Positions 50,592 to 59,521 of a stretch of DNA of 64,000 bases are shown here, one piece after another; positions within the stretch are counted from its first letter, which is position 1; the number at the start of each line of letters is the position of its first letter. This DNA comes from Endomicrobiales bacterium (lineage in GTDB: Bacteria > Elusimicrobiota > Endomicrobiia > Endomicrobiales > JALOBY01). The DNA lies in the NCBI GenBank assembly GCA_963796955.1, contig CAWCNJ010000003.1, positions 96,546 through 160,545 of the forward strand, read 5' to 3'. The position numbers were made by a program, and so were the translations under genes. The notes under the pieces were generated by a model. That model saw only the letters and a list, made by a program, of their open reading frames with translations. It was not told the origin of the DNA and did no database searches.

Positions 50592-51754
50592 TGCGCACGT
50601 TCCTGGCAGGTCTGTTCATTATCAGTGCGGCCTTGCCCTTGTACGGTAAAGACACTCATTCCGTATCTCAGCAGATCCAGGCGAACACGAACGATCTTAA
50701 AAAGATACATAAAAATATCAACGATAAAAAGGCCGAGAAAGAACGGGCCGCGTTGGAAGAAAAGAAAATACGTACTGAGATAAAAAAGCTGGAGAAAGAG
50801 CTGGACCGTTTGCAAAGCGAAGGCGAGAGGACGCGCCGGCAGATAATCAAGGCCGAAAAGAGCCTGGCAGACGCGCAAAGACGGTATCAGGCGGCCACAG
50901 GTGTTAAAGAACAGCGGCACAGTTCTTTGAGCAGTGAAGTTGATTACTGGTACCGCGCGCATTTAACCAATGCGACCCTTTCACCGGACATAGCCGGAGA
51001 TGAACTCAGGCTGCAGGCGATCAAACAGAAAGGCCTCATGCTGAGCGACGCAAAGACCAAAGAGCAGATGATCGCCCAGTACATGGTAAAGCTGCGTAAG
51101 GCCCAGCAAAATCTTCTGGAACTTAAAAATAAGCAGGAGCTGACGCTTTCCCGCCAGATGCAGGTGAAAAAAGATAAGCAGGAATACCTGAAAACGGCGA
51201 CCGGCCGCCGCGTAGTAGCTGAAGAAGAGATCGCGCGGTTGTCTGAATCGGCCCGGGCGCTTGAGAATATGATCAACGACCTGATCTCTGAAAAGAAAAA
51301 GAGCGAGGCGGAACTTGCCGCCGCACAGGCGGAGAAGGCAAAACATAAACATAGGGGCACCCCTCAGATACGCAGCGCCATGCGCCATATCCCCTGGCCG
51401 GTAACGGGCAAGGTAGTGGCGAATTTCGGCAAAAGCAAGCATCCGGACCTTGATACGATCGTGATAAGCAACGGTATAAAGATCGAAGCAGGGCCAGAAG
51501 CGGAAATAAAATGCGTTGATAAAGGCGAAATAATATACAGCGGTGAATTCAGGGCCTACGGAAAGATGATCATTGTCGATCACCATAGCGAATTTTACAG
51601 CATCTACGGGCAGCTGGGAACGTTGAAGGTTGAAGAAGGCAACAAAGTAAAACAGGGTGACGTGCTGGGAGCGCTCGGCAAGGCTGAACATGTATTGTAT
51701 TTTGAAGTGCGCACGGGCAACCAGCCGGAAGACCCGTTGCCATGGCTTAAGTAA
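50591..51754 (+). CDS. envC: EnvC-like murein hydrolase activator (coiled coil plus degenerate LytM/M23)
   Basis: Signal peptide, long coiled coil, WPVTGKV..FG, SNGIKI, YSIYGQL, LYFEVR..DPLPWL with Zn ligands lost. Confidence 0.85.
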   Translation: MRTFLAGLFIISAALPLYGKDTHSVSQQIQANTNDLKKIHKNINDKKAEKERAALEEKKIRTEIKKLEKELDRLQSEGERTRRQIIKAEKSLADAQRRYQAATGVKEQRHSSLSSEVDYWYRAHLTNATLSPDIAGDELRLQAIKQKGLMLSDAKTKEQMIAQYMVKLRKAQQNLLELKNKQELTLSRQMQVKKDKQEYLKTATGRRVVAEEEIARLSESARALENMINDLISEKKKSEAELAAAQAEKAKHKHRGTPQIRSAMRHIPWPVTGKVVANFGKSKHPDLDTIVISNGIKIEAGPEAEIKCVDKGEIIYSGEFRAYGKMIIVDHHSEFYSIYGQLGTLKVEEGNKVKQGDVLGALGKAEHVLYFEVRTGNQPEDPLPWLK

Positions 51755-51780
51755 AACGTAATTCGATCACAGGAGAGTGT

Positions 51781-53049
51781 ATGAAAAAGTGGATCACCGG
51801 TATCGCGGCCTCATTGATCATCGCAAGCGTCAGCGTTTACAGCGCATCGCCCTCGGCAAAGGCCGCGGTTGACAGTACCTACGACCAGCTTAAGCTGCTG
51901 GTGGACGTGATGGGTATCATCAGGGAAAATTACGTGGAAGAGCGCGACACGAAATCGCTTTTGACCGGCGCGATAAACGGTATGGTGCATACGCTCGATC
52001 CCTTCTCCCAGTTCATGGAACCGGAAGTCTATAAAGATATGAAGACGGAGACCGAAGGCCAGTTCGGCGGCCTGGGCATCAGGATCTCGGTAAAGAACGA
52101 TTGGCTTACCGTTATAACGCCGATGCCGGGCACACCCGCCTACCGCCTGGGTATTCTTCCGGACGACAAGATAATAAAGATAGAGAACCAGAGTACCGCC
52201 GGCATGAAGGTGGAAGACGCGGTAAAACTGCTGCGCGGCGCTCCCGGGACCAAAGTGAATATAACCATCGCCCGGGAAGGGACGATGGAACCGATACTGT
52301 ACAATATCACACGCGAGATAATAAAGATCGAGACCATCACCAGCCGCATGCTGAGCGATAACATCGGATATATCCGGCTGACGGAATTTAACGCGAACTC
52401 GGGCCACGACCTGGACAAGGCGCTCAGCGGTTTGAACCAGAAGGGCATGAAGAACCTGGTCTTCGACCTGCGCAACAACCCCGGCGGGCTGCTGGACATT
52501 GCCGTCGATGTCTGTAAGGAATTTGTCGGCGACAAGAAACTGATCGTGTATACCCAGGGCCGTCATCCGGAAAGCCGGCGTGATTACCGCGCCGATGACA
52601 AGGCACCCTACCAGACCCTGCCGGTGGTCGTGCTGGTGAACCGCGGTTCGGCCTCGGCCTCGGAGATCGTTTCCGGCTGCATGCAGGATTTGAAGCGCGG
52701 CCTGATCATGGGAACGACGACCTTCGGCAAGGGAAGCGTGCAATCACTGCTGCCCTTAACAGAGGGCAACGCCTTGAAGCTGACGACCGCGAAATATTAT
52801 CTTGCGACCGGCCGCTGTATCCACCGCGATGAGAAGACGGGCAAGGGCGGTATAACACCGGATATCATAATTGATGTGCCGAAAGAAACAGAGGCCAAGC
52901 TGTATATGCAGTCAGAAGAGATCTTTACCGCCGGCAAAGAACCGAAACCCGGCGTGAAAAAAGAAGATATCGTACGGGACGAAGCCCTGGATAAAGCTGT
53001 GGAATTACTGAAGGCGCGTTCCATATTCGTCAATTTGCAGGACAGGTAA
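51781..53049 (+). CDS. ctpA: C-terminal processing protease (S41)
   Basis: LDPFS, FGGLGI PDZ, DLRNNPGGLL, SASASEIV, TFGKGSVQ. Confidence 0.95.
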   Translation: MKKWITGIAASLIIASVSVYSASPSAKAAVDSTYDQLKLLVDVMGIIRENYVEERDTKSLLTGAINGMVHTLDPFSQFMEPEVYKDMKTETEGQFGGLGIRISVKNDWLTVITPMPGTPAYRLGILPDDKIIKIENQSTAGMKVEDAVKLLRGAPGTKVNITIAREGTMEPILYNITREIIKIETITSRMLSDNIGYIRLTEFNANSGHDLDKALSGLNQKGMKNLVFDLRNNPGGLLDIAVDVCKEFVGDKKLIVYTQGRHPESRRDYRADDKAPYQTLPVVVLVNRGSASASEIVSGCMQDLKRGLIMGTTTFGKGSVQSLLPLTEGNALKLTTAKYYLATGRCIHRDEKTGKGGITPDIIIDVPKETEAKLYMQSEEIFTAGKEPKPGVKKEDIVRDEALDKAVELLKARSIFVNLQDR

Positions 53050-53059
53050 AGCGGCATTT

Positions 53060-54184
53060 ATGGCAAAGAACTCAAAAAGCGCGCCAAAGGGCTTTAGCAT
53101 TGCCGCATTTGTTTACGCGGCATTGCTTGCCTTGGGCGGCCTGTTCCTGTGGATGTACTTTAATCCTCATGTTGATGATCTGGCCGGCAAAGGCGTGGAG
53201 TTTGATACGCGCGTTTCAGAAGAACTGGTGCGTGCCGGTTTAACCGATATTGATATCGCGAGCCAGTCGCGGGTGGAAAAGTCCGACAGGCATGCCTCCT
53301 GGATCGAATATTACAAGGAAGTGCTGGTGCCGGCTGAGGAGTCGCAGCGGCAGTTGGCTCAGGCGCTTACCATGGCCGCGCAAAGATCGGGGCTGACCGC
53401 CACGGAGACAAAACAAGACCACAAGCTTCTCGTTACATCATCATACCGTGGAAGAAGGCTCTACGTTATTTCTATCGTGACGAAACGTAGTTCTGCGACC
53501 GCTCCCGTTCCTGTAACGCCAAAAAAAAAAGTCGCCATAGTCATTGACGATGTCGGTGGAAAGGCCGATATATCGGCTTTTCTCGGTCTGAACGTGCCGG
53601 TTACTCTTGCGATAATGCCGTACGAACGCCATTCGCGCGACATCGCTCAGCACCTGACAAGCCTTAAGATGCCGTACATCATGCACCTGCCGATGCAGCC
53701 CGAGGCCTATCCGAAAATAGATCCGGGTAAAGCGGCCTTGCTGCTCACCATGAGCGAGGTTGAAGTACGTAGGAAATTCATTGCCGATCTCGCCACGGTG
53801 CCGGGTGTTATCGGTGTTTCCAATCATATGGGCTCTGCCTATAGCGCCGATGAAGAAAAAATGCGGCAGCTGCTGGCGCTGGTCAAAGAGCATTCCTTGT
53901 TCTACCTTGATTCCTATACGACCCCCAAGTCAAAGGCCGCCCAGGCGCAAAAGGCGCTGGGTTTGCCGAAGCTCCGCAATGATTTCTTCCTTGATGACAT
54001 TGACGAACAGCCGGCTATCAGCCATCAGCTGCAATTGCTGCTGGCCCATGTGAACCGGACCGGCAAAGGTATCGCCATCGGCCATATACAGAAAAAACAT
54101 CTCGTGGACGCTCTTAAAGATTTTATACCGCAGTGTAAGAAAGAAGGCATCGAGTTCGTGTACCTTAACGGTATGCTGGAGTAA
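53060..54184 (+). CDS. Divergent polysaccharide deacetylase (YibQ family)
   Basis: AIVIDDVG, HLPMQP, SNHMGS, LDSYT, FLDD, IAIGH. Confidence 0.9.
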   Translation: MAKNSKSAPKGFSIAAFVYAALLALGGLFLWMYFNPHVDDLAGKGVEFDTRVSEELVRAGLTDIDIASQSRVEKSDRHASWIEYYKEVLVPAEESQRQLAQALTMAAQRSGLTATETKQDHKLLVTSSYRGRRLYVISIVTKRSSATAPVPVTPKKKVAIVIDDVGGKADISAFLGLNVPVTLAIMPYERHSRDIAQHLTSLKMPYIMHLPMQPEAYPKIDPGKAALLLTMSEVEVRRKFIADLATVPGVIGVSNHMGSAYSADEEKMRQLLALVKEHSLFYLDSYTTPKSKAAQAQKALGLPKLRNDFFLDDIDEQPAISHQLQLLLAHVNRTGKGIAIGHIQKKHLVDALKDFIPQCKKEGIEFVYLNGMLE

Positions 54185-54185
54185 T

Positions 54186-55193
54186 GTGCTGATCCTTGCG
54201 ATTGAAACTTCCTGTGATGAGACTTCGGCGGCGGTCGTCAAGAACGGCAGAACCGTGCTGTCTGATGTCATCTCTTCTCAGATAGCGATCCACCGTCCGT
54301 TCCGCGGTGTTGTGCCGGAACTGGCCAGCCGCACCCATGTTGAGCATATTAACGATCGTATCGCCCGGGCGCTCAAAGACGCCCGCTGCTTGATGGACGA
54401 TATAGATGCGATCGCCTGCACCAAAGGCCCCGGTCTTGCCGGTTCCCTGCTGGTTGGGTATATGGCTGCCAGAACCCTCTCACTTATCCATAAAAAACTG
54501 TTAATAGAGATCAACCACCTTGAAGGCCATCTCTACTCTGCCCTTATAGAACACCCGGCCCTTAAGCCTCCCTATCTTGGCCTGGTGGTCTCAGGCGGCC
54601 ATACCGAACTGATAATCGTCAAAGATTACGGCCGGTATCACTATCTGGGGGGCACGCGCGATGACGCGGCCGGCGAGGCGTTTGATAAAGTCGCGAAACT
54701 GCTCGGCCTGCCCTATCCCGGCGGCCCGGAGATAGACAAATGTGCTAAAAAGGGAAATGCGGCAGCCGTGAAATTTACCCGGCCGTACCTGTGGGGTTCG
54801 TGGGATTTTTCGTTCAGCGGTATCAAGACCGCGGTAGTAAATTATACTTCCGCTTTGAGACCGCAGGAGCTGCGTAAACAGCGTGATGATATTTGCGCTT
54901 CCTTCCAGCAGGCCGTCGTTGATACGCTGGTAGAAAAGACCATGGCCGCCGCAAAGCAATTTAAAATAAAGACCGTAGCCCTGGGCGGCGGCGTATCTTC
55001 CAACAGTTTGCTGCGCTCCCGGTTACAGGACCGCTGCGGTGATGATAAGATCGCGTGCTGTATCCCGCGACCGCTTTTATGCACGGATAACGCGGCGATG
55101 GTGGCCTGCGTAGCCTACTATAAACAGCGTAAGCACCGCAGACACAAAAAGGCGTCCGGGATAGAGCCTTCATTCAAACTGGAGAATTGGTAA
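54186..55193 (+). CDS. tsaD: tRNA threonylcarbamoyltransferase TsaD
   Basis: IETSCDET, GVVPELASR.H, HLEGH, VSGGHT, DDAAGEAFDK, FSFSG.KT, TDNAAM. Confidence 0.97.
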   Translation: MLILAIETSCDETSAAVVKNGRTVLSDVISSQIAIHRPFRGVVPELASRTHVEHINDRIARALKDARCLMDDIDAIACTKGPGLAGSLLVGYMAARTLSLIHKKLLIEINHLEGHLYSALIEHPALKPPYLGLVVSGGHTELIIVKDYGRYHYLGGTRDDAAGEAFDKVAKLLGLPYPGGPEIDKCAKKGNAAAVKFTRPYLWGSWDFSFSGIKTAVVNYTSALRPQELRKQRDDICASFQQAVVDTLVEKTMAAAKQFKIKTVALGGGVSSNSLLRSRLQDRCGDDKIACCIPRPLLCTDNAAMVACVAYYKQRKHRRHKKASGIEPSFKLENW

Positions 55194-56197
55194 TGCAGGG
55201 TTTAATACGCGCATTGAAGATCGGTCCGCTGACCGTTAAAAATAATCTCATCATGGCGCCGATGGCGGGTATCACCGATTCACCATTCCGCCTGTTGGCG
55301 CGGGAAGGCGGAGCGGGCCTGGTGTGCACTGAGATGGTCTCTGCGAACGGTTTGTCGCACCATGACTTTAAAACAAGGAAGATCGCTGATCTTGCAAAAG
55401 AAGAATCACCGGTCAGCGTGCAGATATTCGGCAGCGCTCCGGGGCCCATGGCGGAAGCGGCCAGGATCGTTGAAGAGAGCGGCGCCGACATAGTTGATAT
55501 CAACCTTGGTTGTCCCGCTCCAAAGATACGTAAGTCCGGCGCCGGGTTTAAGCTGGTGGAAGATGAAGAATTGCTGGTCGCGTGCATGAAGGCCGTTGTT
55601 GCGGCGGTTAAAAAACCGGTCACGGTCAAAATGCGCATAGGGAAAGAAGCGGGGCAGAATATCGCGCCGCACCTTGCCCGGCTGGCGCAGGATTGCGGCG
55701 TATGTCTGGTAGTGGTCCACGGCAGGCCGGCCGTCGCCATGCATTCAGGGTCGGTCGACCTTGAGGCTATCGCTGAGGTGGTGAAGGTCGTTTCGATACC
55801 GGTGATAGCGAACGGGGGTATTAAAGACGAACTTTCCGCGCGGGAAGCGTTCGAGCGGACGGGCTGCGCGGGGTTGATGATCGGCCGCGGCGCGATCGGT
55901 GATCCGTCGTTGTTTGGCCGGCTCACCTCATATTTTGATGACGGCGATATTCAAAAATCACCGACCTGGGAAGAACGGCTGATGATGTTCCGCAGGCATG
56001 TAACGCTTGCGTGCGCGCATTACGGCGAAAAGAACGCGATGATGCGTATGCGTAAAGTAGCGCCCTATTATATCAAGGATATGCCGGGCGCCACCAGATT
56101 ACGGGCCCTCTATAACACATTTACCGAACTTAAACAGCTGGACAACATTGAAGACAGCCTTAAAACATCATCATACTTTGAGAAACAAATTGATTAA
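55187..56197 (+). CDS. dusB: tRNA-dihydrouridine synthase B
   Basis: APMAGITD, TEMVS, DINLGCP, TVKMRIG, VHGR, NGG, MIGRGA. Confidence 0.92.
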   Translation: MVMQGLIRALKIGPLTVKNNLIMAPMAGITDSPFRLLAREGGAGLVCTEMVSANGLSHHDFKTRKIADLAKEESPVSVQIFGSAPGPMAEAARIVEESGADIVDINLGCPAPKIRKSGAGFKLVEDEELLVACMKAVVAAVKKPVTVKMRIGKEAGQNIAPHLARLAQDCGVCLVVVHGRPAVAMHSGSVDLEAIAEVVKVVSIPVIANGGIKDELSAREAFERTGCAGLMIGRGAIGDPSLFGRLTSYFDDGDIQKSPTWEERLMMFRRHVTLACAHYGEKNAMMRMRKVAPYYIKDMPGATRLRALYNTFTELKQLDNIEDSLKTSSYFEKQID

Positions 56198-56201
56198 ATT
56201 T

Positions 56202-56231
56202 AATCCGCCTGCGCTGAAGCTTCGGCGGATT
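56202..56231. repeat. REP-like palindrome AATCCGCC-tgcgctgaagcttc-GGCGGATT
   Basis: Perfect 8-bp outer stem; internal CCTRCGCT...AGCTTCGG core shared with 10152-10183. Confidence 0.55.
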
Positions 56232-56243
56232 TCGCGAGGGGCA

Positions 56244-56906
56244 ATGAAAACAACGAGAGGTGCTCAAGATCACTGCGCAGAACCCGGGCGCTATGCCAGA
56301 CAGGGATTTCCTGAGGCTATTTATGCGACCGGGAAAACCGATAAACAGATCATTGAGATCGCCAGAGAGCTTTCCAAGGGGAACGGTCCTGTTATCGTCA
56401 CCAGGGCGACAAAGGCGCTTGCCCGCGTTTTAAAAAGATCGTTCAAGGGCTCCAGGTATTACGAACAGGCGCGTATCGTGTTGGTTAACAACGCGGTGAA
56501 AAAATCTTCTGTGCGTTACGCCTGCGTGGTAACTGCCGGCACAACGGATATACCGGTCGCTGAAGAAGCCGCGGTCACCGCTGAAATAATGGGTTGCAGG
56601 ATCGAGCGTGTGTATGACGTCGGGGTCGCCGGCGTTCACCGTCTTTTAGCGCATTCCAGAGTGCTGGAAAATGCTGCCTGCGTGATCGTATGCGCGGGCA
56701 TGGAGGGGGCTCTGGCGAGTGTTGTTGGGGGGCTGGTAAAATGTTCGGTGATAGGGGTGCCGACCTCGGTGGGCTACGGCGTATCTTTTGGCGGGGTCTC
56801 GGCCCTGCTTTCCATGCTTAATTCCTGCGCGGCGAACGTGAGCGCGGTAAATATTGACGATGGTTTTGGCGCCGGAATAATAGCGAACCTGGTAACTAAC
56901 CCATGA
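56244..56906 (+). CDS. larB: Nickel-pincer cofactor biosynthesis carboxylase/hydrolase LarB
   Basis: RQGFPEAIY..GK, AGTTDIPVAEEA, DVGVAGVHRL, AGMEGAL, VPTSVGYG, VNIDDGFGA; GAGGGG RBS before ATG 56244. Confidence 0.93.
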   Translation: MKTTRGAQDHCAEPGRYARQGFPEAIYATGKTDKQIIEIARELSKGNGPVIVTRATKALARVLKRSFKGSRYYEQARIVLVNNAVKKSSVRYACVVTAGTTDIPVAEEAAVTAEIMGCRIERVYDVGVAGVHRLLAHSRVLENAACVIVCAGMEGALASVVGGLVKCSVIGVPTSVGYGVSFGGVSALLSMLNSCAANVSAVNIDDGFGAGIIANLVTNP

Positions 56907-57988
56907 AAACAGCCTATTTTAATTGTTCCTCTGGCATAGCAGGCGATATGACCATAGCGGCTTTGATGGATGCCTTTGGCATGGCGGCCGTGCCCTTTGA
57001 GCGCAGGCTGAAGGGACTCCTCAAATTTAGAGGCTTCGGCCTTACCTATTCTACCTCCAACCGTTATCACGCACCCTGCAAACACCTGGACGTGACCGGG
57101 AATGCGCATTTTCACAGCCCCCGGGAGATACATCGCTTGATAGCCGCAAGCGCCCTGCCCGATACGGTCAAGGCTCAGGCACTGCGGGTTCTGACACTGC
57201 TGGTGGAGGCCGAGGCGGCTGTACATAATGTTAAAAAAAGCCGGGTGCATTTTCATGAACTTAATTCCGTTGATACACTGATAGATATTACCGCACCATT
57301 GCTGTTGCTGCATGATAACTCCGTCGATTCAGTCCTTTCATCGCCGCTGAACATCGGCAACCCGGCACCGGCGACCTTGGAGATAATAAGAAAACATGCC
57401 ATTCCCGTCCACTCATCGTTAGCGACCCACGAGCTTACCACACCGACCGGCTCGGCTCTCATAGCCGTGCTTGCCGAAACGTTCGGCGCCATGCCGCCTA
57501 TGCGGCTGCTTCACTCCGGTATTTCCTGCGGGACCATGGACATCCCTGCCCACCGGAATGTGCTGAAGGTCCTTATCGGCTCGGGCGTTGAACACGGCGC
57601 CCATGATGACGTTGTTCATCTTTCCACGAACATCGACGACATGGATCCGAGGGTCTATCCCTATGTGATGGAAAAACTTCTATCGGCCGGAGCGCTCGAT
57701 GTATGGCTTGAACAGGTGCTTATGAAAAAGGGCCGTCCGGGGGCCGTCTTGAATATTTTATGTAATGAAAAATCTGAACCGGAGTGCGTTGCTGTTATCT
57801 TCAAAGAGACCACGACCCTCGGCATACGGCGCCAGCCGCTGTCGCGCTACACGCTCGAAAGAAAAGGGGATGGCCACTGCAAGACCTCTTTTGCCAACGG
57901 AACAAAAAGAAGCACGCGTATAGAGTATGAGAAAGCGAAAACAATGGCTCAAAAGACCGGCAGGCCGCTGAGATCGTTCCTGGATTGA
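56903..57988 (+). CDS. larC: Nickel insertion protein LarC
   Basis: SGIAGDM, AEAAVH, VHFHE, ELTTPTG, TNIDDM, MKKGRPG, ETTTLGIR. Confidence 0.92.
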   Translation: MKTAYFNCSSGIAGDMTIAALMDAFGMAAVPFERRLKGLLKFRGFGLTYSTSNRYHAPCKHLDVTGNAHFHSPREIHRLIAASALPDTVKAQALRVLTLLVEAEAAVHNVKKSRVHFHELNSVDTLIDITAPLLLLHDNSVDSVLSSPLNIGNPAPATLEIIRKHAIPVHSSLATHELTTPTGSALIAVLAETFGAMPPMRLLHSGISCGTMDIPAHRNVLKVLIGSGVEHGAHDDVVHLSTNIDDMDPRVYPYVMEKLLSAGALDVWLEQVLMKKGRPGAVLNILCNEKSEPECVAVIFKETTTLGIRRQPLSRYTLERKGDGHCKTSFANGTKRSTRIEYEKAKTMAQKTGRPLRSFLD

Positions 57989-57995
57989 AAATGTC

Positions 57996-58023
57996 TTGAC
58001 AATCGGGGCATATAAGATAGACT
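57996..58023 (+). promoter_or_regulatory. Putative sigma70 promoter of the motA-motB-motB operon
   Basis: TTGACA (57996-58001), 16 nt spacer, TAGACT (58018-23). Confidence 0.55.
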
Positions 58024-58076
58024 TAAGTCATACATACGGTATCTGAGCAGAAAATCATAGAAAGGGGTTTTAACCG

Positions 58077-58847
58077 ATGATCGACTTTTTAACCGTATTT
58101 GGATTTACCCTGGGCATAGGCGCGGTTTACATTGTTATGTATTGGGGCGGTACGGCGCATCTTTTGTGGAACCGCGACGCGGCGGTGCTGGTGTTCGGCG
58201 GTACATTCGCTTCGATGATGATCTCTACGCCCATGGAAATGGTGGTGCGCATCCCCGGTGCGTTATCCATGGTGCTTTTCAAAAGAAAGGCTTTTGAAAC
58301 AAAACAGATCATCAACATGATGGTTACCTTCGCCGAAAAAGCGAAACGCGACGGCGTGGACGCTCTGCAGGACGATGTCTCGAACATTAAAGACCGCTTC
58401 CTGGCCGAGGGTATTTCCATGGTCATAGACCGGCTTGATCCGATGCTTATAAGGGAAAACCTTTTGAAGGAAATTTCATTCATCCGCAAACGCCATTATC
58501 AGCTCAGCAATGTTATCCGCTCAGCCGGAACCTTCTCTCCGATCTTCGGGCTCCTGGGAACGCTGCTGGGCGTTGTGCAGGTGCTTAAAAGCATCTCCGA
58601 CCCCAAGAGCCTGGGCGCTTCAATGGCCATAGCCGTGACCGGGACCTTTTACGGCATATCGGCCGCGAACTTCCTGTTCCTCCCGGTCGCCAATAAGCTG
58701 GACGCCAACACCGAGTCTGAATTACTGGTAAAAGAAGTGATGATCGAAGGTATACTCTCCATCCAATCCGGCGATATCCCCAGCATCGTCAGCAAACGCC
58801 TTCAGGCCTTCATGTCCTCGAAGCTCAGAGAGACGAAACTACGCTGA
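58077..58847 (+). CDS. motA: MotA/PomA-family ion-conducting stator subunit
   Basis: LVFGGT, DRFLAEG, SPIFGLLGTLLG, MAIAVTGTFYG..AN..FLPVANKL, EGILSIQSG. Confidence 0.9.
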   Translation: MIDFLTVFGFTLGIGAVYIVMYWGGTAHLLWNRDAAVLVFGGTFASMMISTPMEMVVRIPGALSMVLFKRKAFETKQIINMMVTFAEKAKRDGVDALQDDVSNIKDRFLAEGISMVIDRLDPMLIRENLLKEISFIRKRHYQLSNVIRSAGTFSPIFGLLGTLLGVVQVLKSISDPKSLGASMAIAVTGTFYGISAANFLFLPVANKLDANTESELLVKEVMIEGILSIQSGDIPSIVSKRLQAFMSSKLRETKLR

Positions 58848-59521
58848 TGGCGGGCTCCGTTCAGTCTGTCTCCATCGACCAATCTTCGGGACATGTAAAA
58901 TCATCCATCTGGCTGATCATTTATACCGACCTGGTCTCGACGTTGATGATATTCTTTCTGCTGTGCTACTGCATAACCTGGCTCAGCCCCGAAGAGAAAC
59001 AGCTGGCGGAAGCTTCCATGAGCGAGGCCTTCGGTAACGAGAAGGGCGCGATGGCGAAAGCGCAGGCCTCTATTGAAAAGGGTCTTGATCGGCAGAAAAA
59101 AATGGAAGGCGATGTAAAACAACAGTTCTCCAACGTTGAAGTCAGCGAGGAAGAGATCAAGATCGTATTGCCGAGCCCCGTCTTGTTCGACTCCGGCAGC
59201 GCGGACCTTAAGCCGGCCATCGAAGCCTCCCTGCACGAGATCGCGGTGCTTATCAAAAAAGTAAATAACCGGGTCGTCGTAGAAGGCCACACGGATAATA
59301 TGCCCATCAACGGCGGCGTCTTCGATTCCAACTGGGAACTTTCGTCCGCCAGGGCCTTCAGCGTTATCCGCTATTTGATAGATAAAGAGGGTGTAGGTCC
59401 GTCACAATTATCTGCCCTTGGGTGCGGGGAGTTCCGCCCGGTGGCACCCAACGATACGCCTGAGAACAAAATGAAGAACCGCCGTATAGAGATCAAGATC
59501 ATAAAGGCGAAAGCGTCATGA
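58847..59521 (+). CDS. motB: MotB-family stator subunit 1 (TM plus OmpA-like domain)
   Basis: WLIIYTDLVSTLMIFFLL; LFDSGSA, EGHTD, SNWELSSARA, NRRIEI. Confidence 0.88.
   Translation: MAGSVQSVSIDQSSGHVKSSIWLIIYTDLVSTLMIFFLLCYCITWLSPEEKQLAEASMSEAFGNEKGAMAKAQASIEKGLDRQKKMEGDVKQQFSNVEVSEEEIKIVLPSPVLFDSGSADLKPAIEASLHEIAVLIKKVNNRVVVEGHTDNMPINGGVFDSNWELSSARAFSVIRYLIDKEGVGPSQLSALGCGEFRPVAPNDTPENKMKNRRIEIKIIKAKAS

Noticed and set aside
53521..53530. A10 tract as a phase-variation switch in the YibQ-like gene
   Set aside because: It is in frame and encodes PKKK in a linker; variability cannot be shown from one sequence.
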